Positions 12,790 to 26,012 of a stretch of 64,000 bases of DNA are shown one piece after another (positions within the stretch are counted from its first letter, which is position 1; each line of letters starts with the position of its first letter). Position numbers and translations under genes: made by a program. The notes beneath the pieces were generated by a model that was not told where the DNA came from, did no database searches, and saw only the letters and a program-made list of their open reading frames with translations. Source of the stretch: Dicyema japonicum (taxonomy: Eukaryota; Animalia; Dicyemida); the NCBI GenBank assembly GCA_011109175.1, contig RDEW01000020.1, positions 242,514-306,513 on the forward strand. Reading direction: 5' to 3'.

Positions 12790-13090
12790 GTAAAATGCCA
12801 TTCTTGAATGGATAGCGAATCCAACTCAAATAGTATTGAATCATTGGGTAGACATATCAATCGATATTTTCCATATACAATTACATCACGTACGGCGTCG
12901 TAATTTTCGAAATAGTATTTAACTGCAGCGAGCCAACTACCCCATAGAAAATTTATTCAAGTGAATACCCTGTGGTAGAAACATCTAGAGGACATCCGAT
13001 AACTCTGCAAAAGATATCAGTCGATCATTCTGAATTTCAAATTCGTCTTTGAATCGCAGAGCATATCATCGATTTGTTATATATTTATTG
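12790..13090 (-). mobile_element. hAT-family (DUF659-like) transposase remnant, probably interrupted by the LINE
   Basis: MGSWLAAVKYYFENYDAVRDVI resembles TRWGxWLxAxxYY. The other LINE flank (9680-9836, minus strand) reads KIAVLL..GERSV, like a hAT dimerisation tail. Confidence 0.5.
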
Positions 13091-13139
13091 TTCTTTAATA
13101 TGACAGTTAATCAAACGCGTTTATGTTAATTAATTGATT

Positions 13140-13790
13140 TATTATGGCTTAAAAATTTATAGCATTTATTATTTTTATTATTGAACCAGAAAACCACCGT
13201 CATATCCAAAATAAACAAAATTCAAGTAATCCCAACCTCCCTCAACAGTCTCCGCATATTTTCTCGGTGTTCCGACTTCATTACTGCGCATTTCCGATAT
13301 GGACGGGGTCCGCATAGTCGAATCCTTCGTAGGGGCACTGTTCCAGTCGCCTCTATCAAATTTTCTAATTTCTGGGCAGGATTTCCACACTGGAATATTT
13401 CCTTAGTAGGTTTGCTGCCTTCTCTTGAATGTTGGCAGATCTGTCCAAATTTCGTTTGCAGCAAGGTTAGATCCCTAGACATTACATGCGTATCTTATTG
13501 TAGCCTCGATGAACTGTTTGTATATGACATCCAGTCAACTCGGATATTTTTTGTCTCTTAGGTTTCGCAAGAACGCCTTCAGGAAATTGATTTTTCTCGT
13601 ACAAGTCAATAACATCTTTTCGACATGTTTTGTAAAGGTTAAGGTGTCACACAACTCAATATCAGCCATCCATATCTATCCTTAAGCGTTTCATCAATTG
13701 CATATATCTTTCATGTTTGTTGGATATGGTTTCTCAAACCATCTTTTACCCTATTGTTTGAGACACATAAGACCTCTTTGTCTACTGTAT
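13140..13790 (-). mobile_element. 3' part of the APE-RT LINE family
   Basis: LTFTKHVEK, YKQFIEATIRYAC, ending REVGIT*, followed by a TAA-rich tail. Confidence 0.7.
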
Positions 13791-14299
13791 CATTCTACAA
13801 AGTTAGAAAATTATTCGAAAGCAGATTGATTTGGTTTCAAGAGTATGTGGACGACAGTCTATCCGATTTAGATGTGAAAAGTTTTTCAATTGAAAGGTGA
13901 CAAAGATGGTGTAGTCAGTGATTTCAGATGGTGATAGGATCTTTTTTCCTTTATTCCTATACAGCAACTTTTACCCGAGGTTGTCTTCACGGGCTTTGGC
14001 GTTAATAAAAAACGAGATGTTTTGAGGAAGAACCTGATGAAATTTGAAGACTCTATCATCTTTAAGTTTCTACAATTCAAGAATATTGTTACTAATTTGA
14101 GTCAATTACAGGCAAAAGTAGTACAGTTTCGTGTAAGATTGCCCGAGGTTGTCTTCAATCTTCCATATTTTTGATAAATTTTTCAATACTTTCAGTTTCT
14201 TCTGTTAATGGTACGAGGTACCGGACCAATTATTATTGATTCTAAAAGAAACTTTCTCCTGGCCAGTACCTCCAGTGAATATCATAGACCTGTGGAAGC

Positions 14300-15050
14300 G
14301 TCCAACACTAGTTGCTGGACGCCTGAGGAAAGCCTGTCTCCTAAAAGGTAGCAAGGTCGGGGCATTTCACAAGAATGTATTCTAACTGTGGTGATATGTT
14401 ATGTTGTCCAATTTAGTCGTGTCCGACCCTTGGAGATCTCATGAACGAGTTTCCTCCACTCTCCCGATCCGTTGCAATTTGGAGTAGCCTTGATATAGGC
14501 ATTCCCGTGACGTCTTCCACCGTGGATAGCCACGAGTGTGGTGATAAACAAAGATATCAAGTGTCACACCCAAGATCCTTTGACATTTGTCGAAAGGGGT
14601 GTCAACCCTGTTTAACTTCAAGGTGACTGTCTTCCTTCCCGATTTTTGTCCGATGTAAAAAGGGACGTGGAAAACTTCACCATTAGCCGACGTTAAGTCT
14701 GTCCAGGTTAATTTGTATTCTTTCTGTGGCCTTCTGGATTTCCACATCTCACCGAGCCAAAACAATATCATCTTCATGAGAAAGTAAAACATCATAATCT
14801 GATTGCAGAGTCGGAGATCGGCCAGAAAAGGGTTAAATAGATCAGGGGATAAAATAGATCCTTGAAAGAATCCGTAGGTGAAAGACGTGAGATGGATTTC
14901 AGCACGTCCCCTTCGTCCACTTGGGAAGTTATGATCCAAAGCTTGAACTTGTAGTGCAAAGTATGAGGAAATTGATTGTTCTATCAAAATATTTGTCTGT
15001 GGGCAAAATTTCATAAAGAAACCTAAAGAAAATAGAGAACTTGCAATCTA
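14300..15050 (-). mobile_element. Degraded LINE RT fragment
   Basis: QGSILSPDLFN and RILGVTLD. Confidence 0.7.
14397..14536 (-). mobile_element. 5'-truncated BovB-like RTE 3' end inserted in the LINE fragment
   Basis: 10-bp TSD TGTGGTGATA (14387-14396 and 14537-14546). Nearly identical to 59059-59157. Confidence 0.8.
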
Positions 15051-15248
15051 AAGTTATAAAAGTTTTCCGGGTTCGTGACGGATCCAACCCCTTCGGGTTC
15101 CTCTTTGTGAAAAAAGTACGAAATTCCCCTCCTGTTAACGAGAGCAAGGAATGCTTGGGTTCCCAAGAGGACCACAAACTATTGAAGTAAATTGATAGGC
15201 GTACATAAATTATTAATGAGTATTTAAATAATAAAATGGAATAAATAA

Positions 15249-15861
15249 ATGAAATTATTATTGAAATTCGCATTAGTAACACAATTGGATTACTTATTGA
15301 ATTATTCTTTTAATACTTGGGTATTGGTTATTTAATTAAGCAATTTTACTGATTTTATTGAATACCTTCACTTCACGAAGGGAACGCACCACAAACATTA
15401 AAACCGCCTTTTTTTACCGCAGAAAATGAAAACAAGTACAGGTATTAAAACCACCTTAAATAATTGGAAACCACCAAGTCGCTTGTGAGGACGAGAGAAC
15501 TGACTGTGAGTTTTTTTGAAACGTAGAGGAGACTGTAGTGTTCTGGAATCAGCGATTATGGATGTAGAAAAATTGTAATAATTTGTGATAAACGAAATTA
15601 AAATAACAGAACCTTATGGTGTCTTGATGTTATAATATTAGGGTGTGTCAACTATGGAAGTGATGAATTTTGTGCCTCTGTGGACTGTGACTCTGATCGT
15701 TTGCAAAGATGATAACCTGCAGGAGTACGTGTCAGTCTTGTGATGGTATGAATACTTTAACTATTCAGTTTGCGAGGAACTATGAATTTGGTGCAATACT
15801 TCCACGATTTGTAGTGATGGGTTAAAACATTATTGTCGGATCATGTCACGTTTGTACATAA
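15249..15861 (+). CDS. Secreted protein with 2-3 ShK (ShKT) six-cysteine domains
   Basis: Signal-like MKLLLKFALV. CEDERTDCEF-LKRRGDC...CRK; CVNYGSDEFCASVDCDSDR-KMITCRSTCQSC; intron gtatgaatactttaactattcag; C..WCNTSTICSDGLKHYC--SCHVCT*. Needs several 1-2 nt corrections, mostly in homopolymers. The 5' exon structure is uncertain. Confidence 0.65.
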
Positions 15862-16547
15862 AACTAATAAAGTTGTAAATTAGTTTAATCCACAAAATAA
15901 TAAGCGCCACCCGAAATCAAACAGTTGGGTGATCCAAAGTTCCCCCAACTCTTCGCAATATGAGAAGTTTAGGATTGATCCTCTACTCAGTGAAGCTACG
16001 ACCTATAGATGCGGAGGCAGATTCCTCCACTAAGAAATAAATCCACTTAACCAATCTCTGTTTTGGGGCAAAGGAAAGTCACATTGAACTAATATCCCAA
16101 ATAGACTGGCAAGCACGAAAAGATGCTTGTGGAAGCGATGGAAAACCCAGGATGTAAGATGGCGCAGCTAATTTTGGGAAATGGTATACAATAACGACAA
16201 AAAAATCAGACAATAGAAGATAGATAAGTCCTCGGATGAGCCAACTGACATAAGCAGGTTACAGATTTTTTTTTGTTGCTTATATGATTCTGTTGCTTTT
16301 TGTAAACGAAACAATTTAATATAAATGGAAACTGATTGTGAAGCGAGTAGGAAAATAAAAAAATCACATTGGCCACTTAACCATAAAATTAGTAATTAAA
16401 TACAACGAAGGATTCCTTGTAATGCCTAATTAATAAAAAATAGCAATTATAATATAAAAATGAGTATAATATACTATGATCGTCCCATCTTCTTCATAAT
16501 AAAATCACCTAATAAATATATTATTATAGCGCATAATAATATACCCA

Positions 16548-17745
16548 TCATTCTAACAAATCTACTCCCCTTTCTACTCTCCCCTACCTTCTCCGCACAT
16601 TTCTCAGCTTTTAACAAATATTCCTCCACCAATCATTCATCACTAATCTTACTGTTTTACGAATCCCAACTCTCTCCTTCTTCATAACCTCTACCAGTTT
16701 CGGCAACCAGTGATTATACATTCTCAGAGCCTCCTTCCACTTCCCATCATCTTCCTACAATTATCCACAACCTCAACCAGTCGCCTCACATAATCAAGCC
16801 GACTAACAATCATCTCCAAGTCGGCATCCTTTGATCTACCACTCCACACAAAATTCTCCTTTTCCGACCTCTCCACACCCAAATTAGGGGGACTCGTCTC
16901 CAAAAAATCACATGCAGCCAAATCAGAGTGGCAAAGTCGTTTCGTAGGGTCAGAGACCAAAAGTCCCAGTAAAACTTTCCTGCAGTCATGAGAAGGACCA
17001 CCAGGGATAACTAATCCACCATTCAGGTTCCTCAGGTTGGTAAAGACCTGTTCCCTACTCAATCTGTCAAAGGGAGTCCGTAGAAATACGCACTCTTTTG
17101 TGTCACGACAACCACAACCATATAGAATGACTCCGAGGGACCACAAATCCACCCTCTCATCAAATTTATCCCCCTTTACCAACTCAGGGGCCATATACAG
17201 CGCAGTCCCGCCTACTTTAGTCCCAGATTTCTCCATAAGGACTTTGGCGAGCCCAAAATCAGCGATTTTCACGTCGATAGAGGACCCACTAACGAAGAGA
17301 ATGTTCTGGGGCTTGAGGTCGGAGTGGACGATTTTATGGGCAAACAGAAAGGAGAGACCAGAGACTACAACTTAGGGAAAAAATAACCAATTTGTCTGAA
17401 AATACGTTTCAAGTTAGATTGACTCAATTTCGCTTTGATGTAACGAGACAGGTCACCACCTCCGCAGAACTCCATAATGAGATAGACGTGCTTTTTGTCC
17501 CAGTCAAAATCTTCCAGTTTTATTATATTTTTGTGATTTTTTATGTTTTTTAGAATTTCTATTTCACTGATAATGCTTTCTGAGAGCGCCTTGCTGACGT
17601 TCTCCTTCGATATGCATTTAATTGCATAATTGGTAGAGGACTTGATAAATATTTGCTTTACAGTTTTTAAACGTGCTTTATATACTATTCCAAAGGAACC
17701 ACGACCGACCTGTCGCTCTATTTTGTAATCTTTTATTGACGACAT
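16548..17745 (-). CDS. ULK3: ULK3-like Ser/Thr kinase with C-terminal MIT domain
   Basis: GRGSFGIVYKA, YAIKCI, YLIMEFCGGGDLS, HSDLKPQNIL, KIADFGLA, GTALYMAPE, RVDLWSLGVILY. MIT-like KEALRMY...VEEYLLKAEK. 21-nt intron at 17641-17661. Confidence 0.8.
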
Positions 17746-17859
17746 TTGATCATGACGTGAAGGAACTCGTTCGATTTGTATTATTTAAAATTAATTAATT
17801 TAAAATTAATTAAATTTAATAGAATTTATTTTTACTCTACCAAAGTCAGAACTAATTAT

Positions 17860-18185
17860 TTTTCTGTGAAAACAATCCTCTTCGTTGAAACTATCCGCAA
17901 TCGAGAAAACCCCAATAAGGATAATTGGACCAGAACACAAATTCCAGCTCTTAATCGATGTATAACGGAATCTCTTATGGACGCTAGTTCACCGAGCTGC
18001 CTTCTATTCATACACTATCGAAATATTTACAATCACACAAAAATTTTGAGCCGATGCCATCTCCAATGAGAAGAGCTGTTCAGGATTCTCGTCCTTTCCC
18101 TTGTCGGTCTGGGATCACTTAGTTAGTTGAGAACCTTTTATTTCTTTCTCTTTGACCCAGTGATCCTGGATGTAATAATAATATT
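17860..18185 (+). mobile_element. 5'-truncated copy of the 9849-12725 LINE
   Basis: Aligns with 9849-10190, including gtcggtctgggatcacttagttag...gacccagtgatcc and the (TAA)n tail. Confidence 0.85.
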
Positions 18186-18379
18186 GTGAAAGAATTAGGT
18201 TCATTACTGTGAAACCGGATTGTCTCAGGAACATACAACCAAGCGAAAAAAAACAAGAAGATTCCCTGCCATGTAAACTCGACTGTCTGAGGACTATCGA
18301 AACGCAGGTTTTACTTGCTTTCTGGAACCCGTCGGAGTTGACAAAGATGATAACAAGAAGACATTTGGCGTAACGAATA

Positions 18380-18670
18380 TGCCATGAAGCCAAAGGAAAT
18401 GTCTTGCTTGGGATTCAACGTGCACGGACACTTTCTCTAACGCGAATCTGTTCTAGTAATCGAAAAGGAAGATGTACCTCGTCATTGGGCATTTGGATCA
18501 ACTTCCAGCCGATCCCGTTGATACGTCTAGTTAATCGGGTGGATAGTAGGACGGTGGAAGGGAGAACTGGAATCAACATAAAGGAGTGGGGGAGAACAAA
18601 TGATCTTTTTTCGTGCCGGTCTGGCACTGGGCGCCATCTAGACAGGTGGATCACATGACGCCACTCTAAT
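18380..18670 (+). mobile_element. CRE-like REL fragment plus a LINE 3' end
   Basis: LAWDSTCTDTFS. The 3' block ctgggcgcca..ggatcacatgac..cactctaatag is shared with 28340-28410. Confidence 0.6.
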
Positions 18671-21179
18671 AGAAAGAGAGAGGAGGAACAGACGAACAAA
18701 ACAGAAACTTCAACCAATTAGCTACGAAGCACCACATGATAAGAATGATAAAGTATGTGTATTTGATTATTTAACAAGGATTATTACAAATATATAAAAT
18801 TTAGTAACATTTGTGCAATAAAATGAATTGTTGAAAATATGTGCAATACCTTATATGTGTAGATGATTTTATCTGAAAATTTCACCAAAAATTGAATTAC
18901 TCATACCATTACAATTATTAGATAATATTACCAATTTGAAATATTGTGGGTGCTTGAGGGTATATGTGATAATTATAAATGAAATTAACAACCAAGACAT
19001 CATTCAGAAAACCACCTAGAAAATTGATTTTTCAAAAAAACCTCTAGACTCTGCAACAGTATGATTCAAATCATAATGTTGTTTCAGTAGGACTAAGAAC
19101 TGGCAAACCTTGCAATCACTGACGAATACTAAAATTACTTTAACTCAGGCTATTAAATCTCTTTTCGGTGTAGAAATCATTTACCTTCAATTCTAAATCT
19201 TGGATAGAGAAAAAAGTCGAAATTTTATTTCCCATGTACATGTATACGTGAGAATATTCCTATAAAGAAATCGAATTCTGTACCTCTCCCAACTACATGT
19301 CTCAAGAAAAGTTTATTATTGATAGTCCTAAGTAATGTGGGGAATAAATGCATTAAATAAAAAATCAATTTTAAAACTGAACAGTGACTTTTACACAATC
19401 TATATTATTAAAATATTACACAATCTATGATTACATGTTTCACAAAGACAGGATCTCAACCCCATAGAGCATGTATGGCCTTTATGAAGAATCAATTGGG
19501 TAAAAATCACCCAAAAAATATATCAGAGCTAATATATAAACGAAACAGTTGAAAATGATAAATTGAGAATAAGGAAAATTCTCTGACGGTTTTTCCTTCA
19601 TTAAAATGGCCAATAATCTTCCCTTTTACGAAATCTGATAAATGTTTTTTCCGGGAACCGCACATAATCTCCATCTAGAATTCACGACAAAAGTGATCAA
19701 TTTTTTTGTGTCACGCTATTTTTTAATTTTGCTTTAAATTTGTTAAATAAAGCGAATAATTAATTAAAAAATAAAATTAATAAATTAGACTAAAAACGAG
19801 CTCAAAGATTTTAATTTTATTAATTTTCGAATAAAAAACATGAAAATATTGATGAGCAATTTTCATTGACTGTATGTACTGTGATGTATGCTGAATTCAC
19901 AAAGTCCAGGACTTTCATGTTAAAATGTTGAAGTAATAATTCAAGTGAAAAGGCCCTGTGAAGTATCCAGATATCAAGGTATCAATCAGAATTATTCCAC
20001 ATAACATCAGTCACTTGCCGGAAAACTTGTCATGCGTTATGATCTAAAAGTGATATGTTCATCATGAGTGTTGATTTGATCTTAGAATATGTTTATTAGA
20101 TTAAAATGTCTCATAGTGGATGTATCGATAATAATCTAGATTAAGCAGTCATGTTTCATAAATTTTGTTAAATTGATCATGGGGTGTTGAATTGACCGTA
20201 GGAGAACAGAGAATGCTAGTGATGGATTGTAAACACGACTAGTTAGAGCACATACACGAATATGATAAATGAATCTTCGAATTTGATAAGGGAATGTTTA
20301 GGTTTTAGTTGATTTTCTTATGAAATTATAATCTGGATGATTGAGTGTAAGGTGATCGTTACAGTGAAGTGAGTATTTATATGTAATGTTACACAACCTT
20401 TGCGTAAAATACATAATTAAACATTCAATAACTCATTATTTTGTATTATCAAGTTTAAATTCCAAACTGTTGTAATTAACTGTCCAAATGCTGACCCTGC
20501 AGGACAGATAAAATTAGTAGTTTTCAGCCTCCCAGAACGCTTCCGTTTCGTTCCAATCGTCTTCGAATTGTTTAGAGAGGCAGAAGATTTGGTTAAAAGT
20601 CATGTAATTGCAGTGCTATTCATAAACCATTTTCTGAATGGAGATTGTTCTCACAGCTTCCTGGAATCACTATCGTTTGAAACAACGTTCACTGTCTCTT
20701 GTCAGCTGGTACATAGTTTTAATTATGTATCCCTCCACTTCATAAACGGAGATTTACTTCTCACCATAGCTATCTCGATCGACTTAGCAGCTACGACTTA
20801 CACAGACGTCACGCGGTCTGAGGACGGTCAGACATCTAAAATTGATTATTTAATTTTTCATTCAAATGATGTGTTCTCCATTTGCTAATCGTTAAGTTTT
20901 ACAGTTTATTTTTTTCGCTCCAAACACGTTGAGGTTGAGAGGAGTCACAATTATGACCTTCTTTTATGAGAGCTCTCACTTCTAAATAAGGCAGAAAAAA
21001 AGTTGACGGAATTGGAGGGATCGTCCCGGCTGCAAAAGGTGTACGAATTTGGTTAACAATCATACAAGGTGAGTTCCCACCTCATGAAGGTAAGAATGGC
21101 GTAAGGTTTCTGATATACCTAGTGAATCGTCAATTTTTTTATCGCAGTGACCACAAAGTTAACAGATCTCACATGCCTT

Positions 21180-21560
21180 TTTAACCAGCATAACTGAACT
21201 AAATCAAGACAATATTTGTGATCAACCCCTGCAATAGGCTATGCATGTGCTGCGTGGGGATCTAACCTGTCGGCAACGAACCTAATAAAAATTCAAGAGA
21301 TCCAGTCAAAAGTAATAAATTTACGGATAGAGAAATTATCCCAAGAACACTTGAGTCTATCATAGAGGCAACTAGAGGCAATTTCAGATGGGGGGGATAA
21401 AAGACCCCCGTCCGTATAGAAAATGTGTAAGGTCACGATCAGAGCATCGAGAAAAAATCACGATCATCCGATTTTTGAGAGATGCCGGGATTACTTGAAT
21501 ATTTGTTAGTGGTTAAGACGGTGTTTCTTTGGCTTAAATAATAATAATTAACAATAACGG
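21180..21560 (+). mobile_element. LINE 3' fragment
   Basis: Homologous to 13140-13560 (RPYRKC, DAGIT*), with a (TAA)n tail. Confidence 0.7.
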
Positions 21561-21599
21561 GGAAGATCGGCTGCTGACATTACGGAGTAAGCGTTTTGA

Positions 21600-21910
21600 T
21601 ACATAGGCCCCTCCTCCAATAGACCAATCAGAATCCTCTCTTCCGAGGGACGTCCGAGTAAACTTGGCTCGTCTACGATGTGGGCACCACCCCTATCTAC
21701 CAACGTGAAAGGTCCTCTGTCCCTTTTGCAACCTCTACATCTTTAAACCAAATCACCTATTTGAATGCCATGAATTGGCACAAATTTCCTCCACAATACT
21801 GGGACTGACCGATCTATGGGAGCGACCAACATCTGCTGCGTCCTATTTAATAGCTGCTGGCCTCCTACAAGTTAATGAGGCTGGGGATTACTTTAACTAA
21901 CTAAGTAACT
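21600..21910 (+). mobile_element. LINE C-terminus with Zn-knuckle (Ingi-like)
   Basis: LARLRCGHHP...CPFC...HLFEC...DLWERP..AASYL, then TAAC repeats. Confidence 0.7.
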
Positions 21911-21989
21911 CCGGAGTTCGGAGTTAATCAGAAAGCGTATTCGAGACGTGTCTTTGAAAAAAGGGAGCACCTTGAGAGCACTGGTGATG

Positions 21990-22390
21990 CGAGAAGACTT
22001 GCACGCCTCAAACAGCTGAATGCCTATCTGTGTGCCGATGATGAGGCAGTGAGAATAGCAGCCTCGATACGTCTTGGTCTTATAGTTTGTGCAGTGTGAA
22101 AATGTCTTTGTGGACGTTTGATCGATCCTTATGACTACCATCCACTGTAGTCCAGTTAAAGCGTGGGGCGTTTCCCAAGGCATTCCTGTCTCAACGTGAC
22201 GTTGGAAAACGCACTTCCCTCTACTGGCCACTGCATTTTGGAGCCGACTGGTCTCACTAGAGAGGATGGCAAACGCCAGATGGGATGTCAACATTGCCTT
22301 TTGGTAATAGTGGGAACCTGGTTTGGGACGCTACATGTGTTGATATGTACTTTCAGAAAAAGAGGCCGCTTTAGTCGCGGATCCAGGTAA
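21990..22390 (+). mobile_element. CRE-like 3' fragment
   Basis: DDEAVRIAASIRLG, EPTGLTREDGKR, LVWDATCVD. Confidence 0.7.
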
Positions 22391-22749
22391 GAATGGCTGT
22401 AAAGCAAATACTATCTAACAATGACCAAACAAGCATCAGGAAGAATAGACTCTAAGCAGTTTCTAGTGATCTGAAACTCATCAAGTGGTTAGTGAATGAC
22501 CACGTTTTGCCCATGATGACTTGTAAATCGTAGTTAGACAGGATTTGAGTTGCACCACTTTTGATCCTTGTTATCATAACTTTACATAAATTGTAACCCC
22601 AGCTTTGCTAACTTTAGAAAGACGACGATTACTATAAAGTGGGTCATGACAAAAGTCCCTCGTCAAACATCGAACATTAACTATTAGTCCTAATAGATGA
22701 ACAATTATAATGAACTCTAATAACCTTTAATGAAAATTAAGTAATTAAA

Positions 22750-23300
22750 GTTAAGACCAATCGAGCAACTGATAGACTTTCGACATTATGTATTGATTTT
22801 TATTTTGTTGACATAAAACCACAAATATTACGGAATTAGCGATAAAGACTAAAGTAAACTTTAATGAAAAAGGGGAGATACCACAATTGAAAGTAATTTC
22901 ATGTTGTTGATAAAAGTGGACCAGTTGAGTATTCCAGAACACAACAGAACTATTGAAAACTTTACCATGATGCCAGTGTCACTCTGAGATTTGAAAAAGT
23001 CAGTCAAAAATTTTATTGGATGGTGGATCATGTAACTCACAGTCTTTCCGATCATCACAAAAAACATGACCTGTTTGATTATTAAAACTTACATATGTTA
23101 ATACAAATGTAACAAAATTGACGAGTCTGAGGAATTTTTGATCTCTTTTATATAAAGCGATGCACGTGTCAAACATTTTTGTGAAATAACCGTATTTGTG
23201 ATTATATTCCTAATTCATATTATATTTCCAGTTTATACCATTTTGTAGTTGCGCATCCACCTACTCCATAATATAAGCTTCCATAAATTTAAAGTTTCCA
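22750..23300 (-). pseudogene. Possible small Cys-rich membrane-anchored protein gene or pseudogene
   Basis: Canonical mini-introns (gtataaactggaaatataatatgaattag; gtaagttttaataatcaaacag) separate YGVGGCA, QKC and CHVFCDDRKDC. Hydrophobic C-terminal stretch. In-frame stops remain. Confidence 0.3.
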
Positions 23301-23509
23301 TGTGAAATATATTAGCTTTAGTGATCTAGTAGAAACTCTGATTATTTTAGTACTCCACTAGTAAAACAATCTAATCGATTATAAAAAACAATTCTTGTTT
23401 GTGGACTAACCATCAGAGTATGGCAAACATAAAATAAGGTTAATTAAAACTAAAGGAAAACAGTGAATCCAGAATGATTGAATCCACCAACCACTATTTC
23501 ATTATTATT

Positions 23510-23993
23510 ATTTTTTAGATTAACCAACATTGGTTCAGATTAAACTCACTAAAATCCGTAAGTTTATACATTTAGCAGTTAATAAAGAATATGTGCAATT
23601 CTCTACAAATGATCAAGTTATTTATATTTGATGCGGACTTGATCGTTAATGGAATAAATGTTCTTTATGTAAAAATAAATTTTAATAAAATGTAAGAACA
23701 GAAACAAATTATTAAAAAAGACTCAAACGGTGGAATAACTAATCCCGAAGGTAATCATAATGACAACGAAAATAATAAGAAACTTGAAATGAAGCAAAAT
23801 TTACAATTTTTTGAAGACATTTCATATCCAAGTAGAAGGCTCCCCAATTAAGAACCCCGACGGAAAAGATGGTAACTTCAAAGTAAAATATCACCTGAGT
23901 TTTTTTATCGATCCGAACAGTTCTGTGAAGGTGTGTATTTTCGAATGTGATATAAATTTAAGTAGGATCACTGAGAAAGTGATCTTTTATTAG
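23510..23993 (+). CDS. Possible orphan gene
   Basis: Splicing gtaagtttatacatttag gives an open frame (INQHWFRLNSLKS-QLIKNMCN...). A downstream 60-aa ORF follows. No homology recognised. Confidence 0.2.
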
Positions 23994-24369
23994 TAAATTA
24001 AGTTACAGTGTATACTAAACAAGTGACAAGGTTTGAGAAAAATATTAAATTTCTAGATTGGTTCAGCTTTTCTCTAATTCTTTGATAATTCCCACGAAAT
24101 GGCATTTTCGCGAATAATTTCGTTTTGCGCTTTTATAGTGAATTATTTAATCTAATTTAATGAAAGTATTTGTAATGAATAGAGTCATCACACGTTCCAA
24201 ATAAATATCAGAAGCAGTGAAAATATCTTAACTAGCCATTTTTAGTGATTTTTGACGCATCAATTCCAAAACTTATAAGCTCTCCCTACATAACACGTTC
24301 TCTCAGCGGGGTCTGGACAATGCGGTATGTCAGAACTCTTTTGAAGATCTACTAGTATCATCTAGCCAA

Positions 24370-25040
24370 CATCGCCGTGCCTGTTTGCTGTCAAAGGCGT
24401 CTTCGAGAGCGGTGCCTGACTCAACACCATTCCCAGTGGAGTTTTGGGTACCTTTCTGGATGATGAATGCGTCCGTAATAGGATCTAATTATGATTGGGA
24501 TTAAAAGTCTGTTTTTAACATCCGTGACGATGCGAGACCAGATTCACTGTTTTGGTCTACACTTTCTCTCCTGTCAGAAGAGGGTAGGCAGATTACCCAG
24601 ACATATGGGTTTGGACGAAGTCTTTAGGTGAGTTTTGGTAGCCGCTGAACACCCCTCCATGCTCGAACCAGTCTTTCTTTGCAGGAGTAAGGAAAGCGAC
24701 CAGATGGGATGACAATCTTATCTTTTGAAATCGAGAAACCTCTTTTCTGGTAAGTCACCTGCACCGACACGTTTGCCCCTAGCAACCTACATCAGAGTCC
24801 CTCTGGAGACTTTTATGCTGCAGATAAGGCCGAGAGGTCAAAACAAGCAAAGTACGAGGTCCTACAATAAGATTTTTTGTTATTCCACTTGCCGTTTAGA
24901 AGTCTAGTTCTCTTGCTCGAATTCTTGAGTCGTCTAGCGAATCGGATTTCTAAACTCCCGTGAGCGCTGCTGGTTATGAGAGTGAATAACCAATCAGTCA
25001 GGGCGGCAGCTATATGACTATTTGCTCACTTTTTATCGTT
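24370..25040 (+). mobile_element. CRE-like 3' fragment
   Basis: ESGA-LNTIPSGVLGTFLDDECVR. The 3' end (cagtcagggc..gctatatga...tttgctcactttt) is shared with 43290-43340. Confidence 0.7.
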
Positions 25041-25432
25041 TTATTAAAAAATTCCAAAATGAGCAAATCATCTGATATTGTGAAAAAAGTATCCGAAATT
25101 CATCCGTGAAAATAAATGTTTGTTGAATCTAAGTTCACGGTGTTTGATGTAACTAAATCAACTTGATTAATACAAAATAATAAAATTAACTACTTTTGAG
25201 AATAATTTGTCCGATAACCTGAATTGAGAGACCCTTATCCTGAATTAGACTAAGGAAACATTAATTGAGACGTGTTGCAACAGTTATTAAATTTCTTGAA
25301 TAACGGTATTATTGATTTTAACTTAAGAGTGACTGAAATGGTCTTCCAATACTGAGAATTTATTCAATTACTTAGCAACTGGGCAATATGTCTGAATACT
25401 ACCAATCATCTATTGTGAAGGGCTCCGTTTGT

Positions 25433-26012
25433 TTAATTAACATAACAAGAATATAAATTATCTAATTATTGAATTAAAGATTAAACTTACTAAAGAGCCA
25501 TGCAGTTATTTGTGAGGAATAAAAGAGTGAAACAGGGCCCAACACAGAGAACTAGGTTTACTGGAGGTTAATACAATTTTAATGGATGTTTTTGAATTGT
25601 AGAGCCAAGATGTAAAATTCACTGTCGTCATAAATGCCATGACTCCGGAAAGAAATCCGTCTTGTTTTAAGGCTTCTCGATAACCACCAATGTTAAGAGC
25701 AAATGCGAATAAATGAGACGAAACATCCTCCCACGCTCTTCCTGCGTAGTGCAGAGATAAGATCTATGAGATAGTGATTATGAATACAGCAAATATTATT
25801 GTTGTCACTAAGTTGGTACTTCTAATGAAATTGATGTTTTTGTTAAGATAGTTGTTTATTATTGTTATAGGAAGACAAACAAATAATAATATCCGTCTGA
25901 TTATGTCAAACACTTCTTGACAGAAAGCAGACACATTGTCGCAGTATCTCAGGAAAGTATCAGCATCTAACAACATCTTACAAGTTACGAGATTATTATC
26001 TAAATAAGCCAA
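25433..26012 (-). CDS. Orphan multi-pass membrane protein
   Basis: Three canonical introns (25764-25787, 25552-25574, 25462-25490) splice in frame to give hydrophobic segments ILLFVCLPITII, LVTTIIFA-ILSLHY, GFLSGVMAFMTT, FSVLGPVSLFY. The 5' end is unresolved. Confidence 0.5.

Noticed and set aside
18790-18960. PAN-like Cys pattern with TGA at Cys positions, suggesting a reassigned stop codon
   Set aside because: TGA and TAA terminate conserved genes here and long exons need no read-through. The pattern is too degraded to support.
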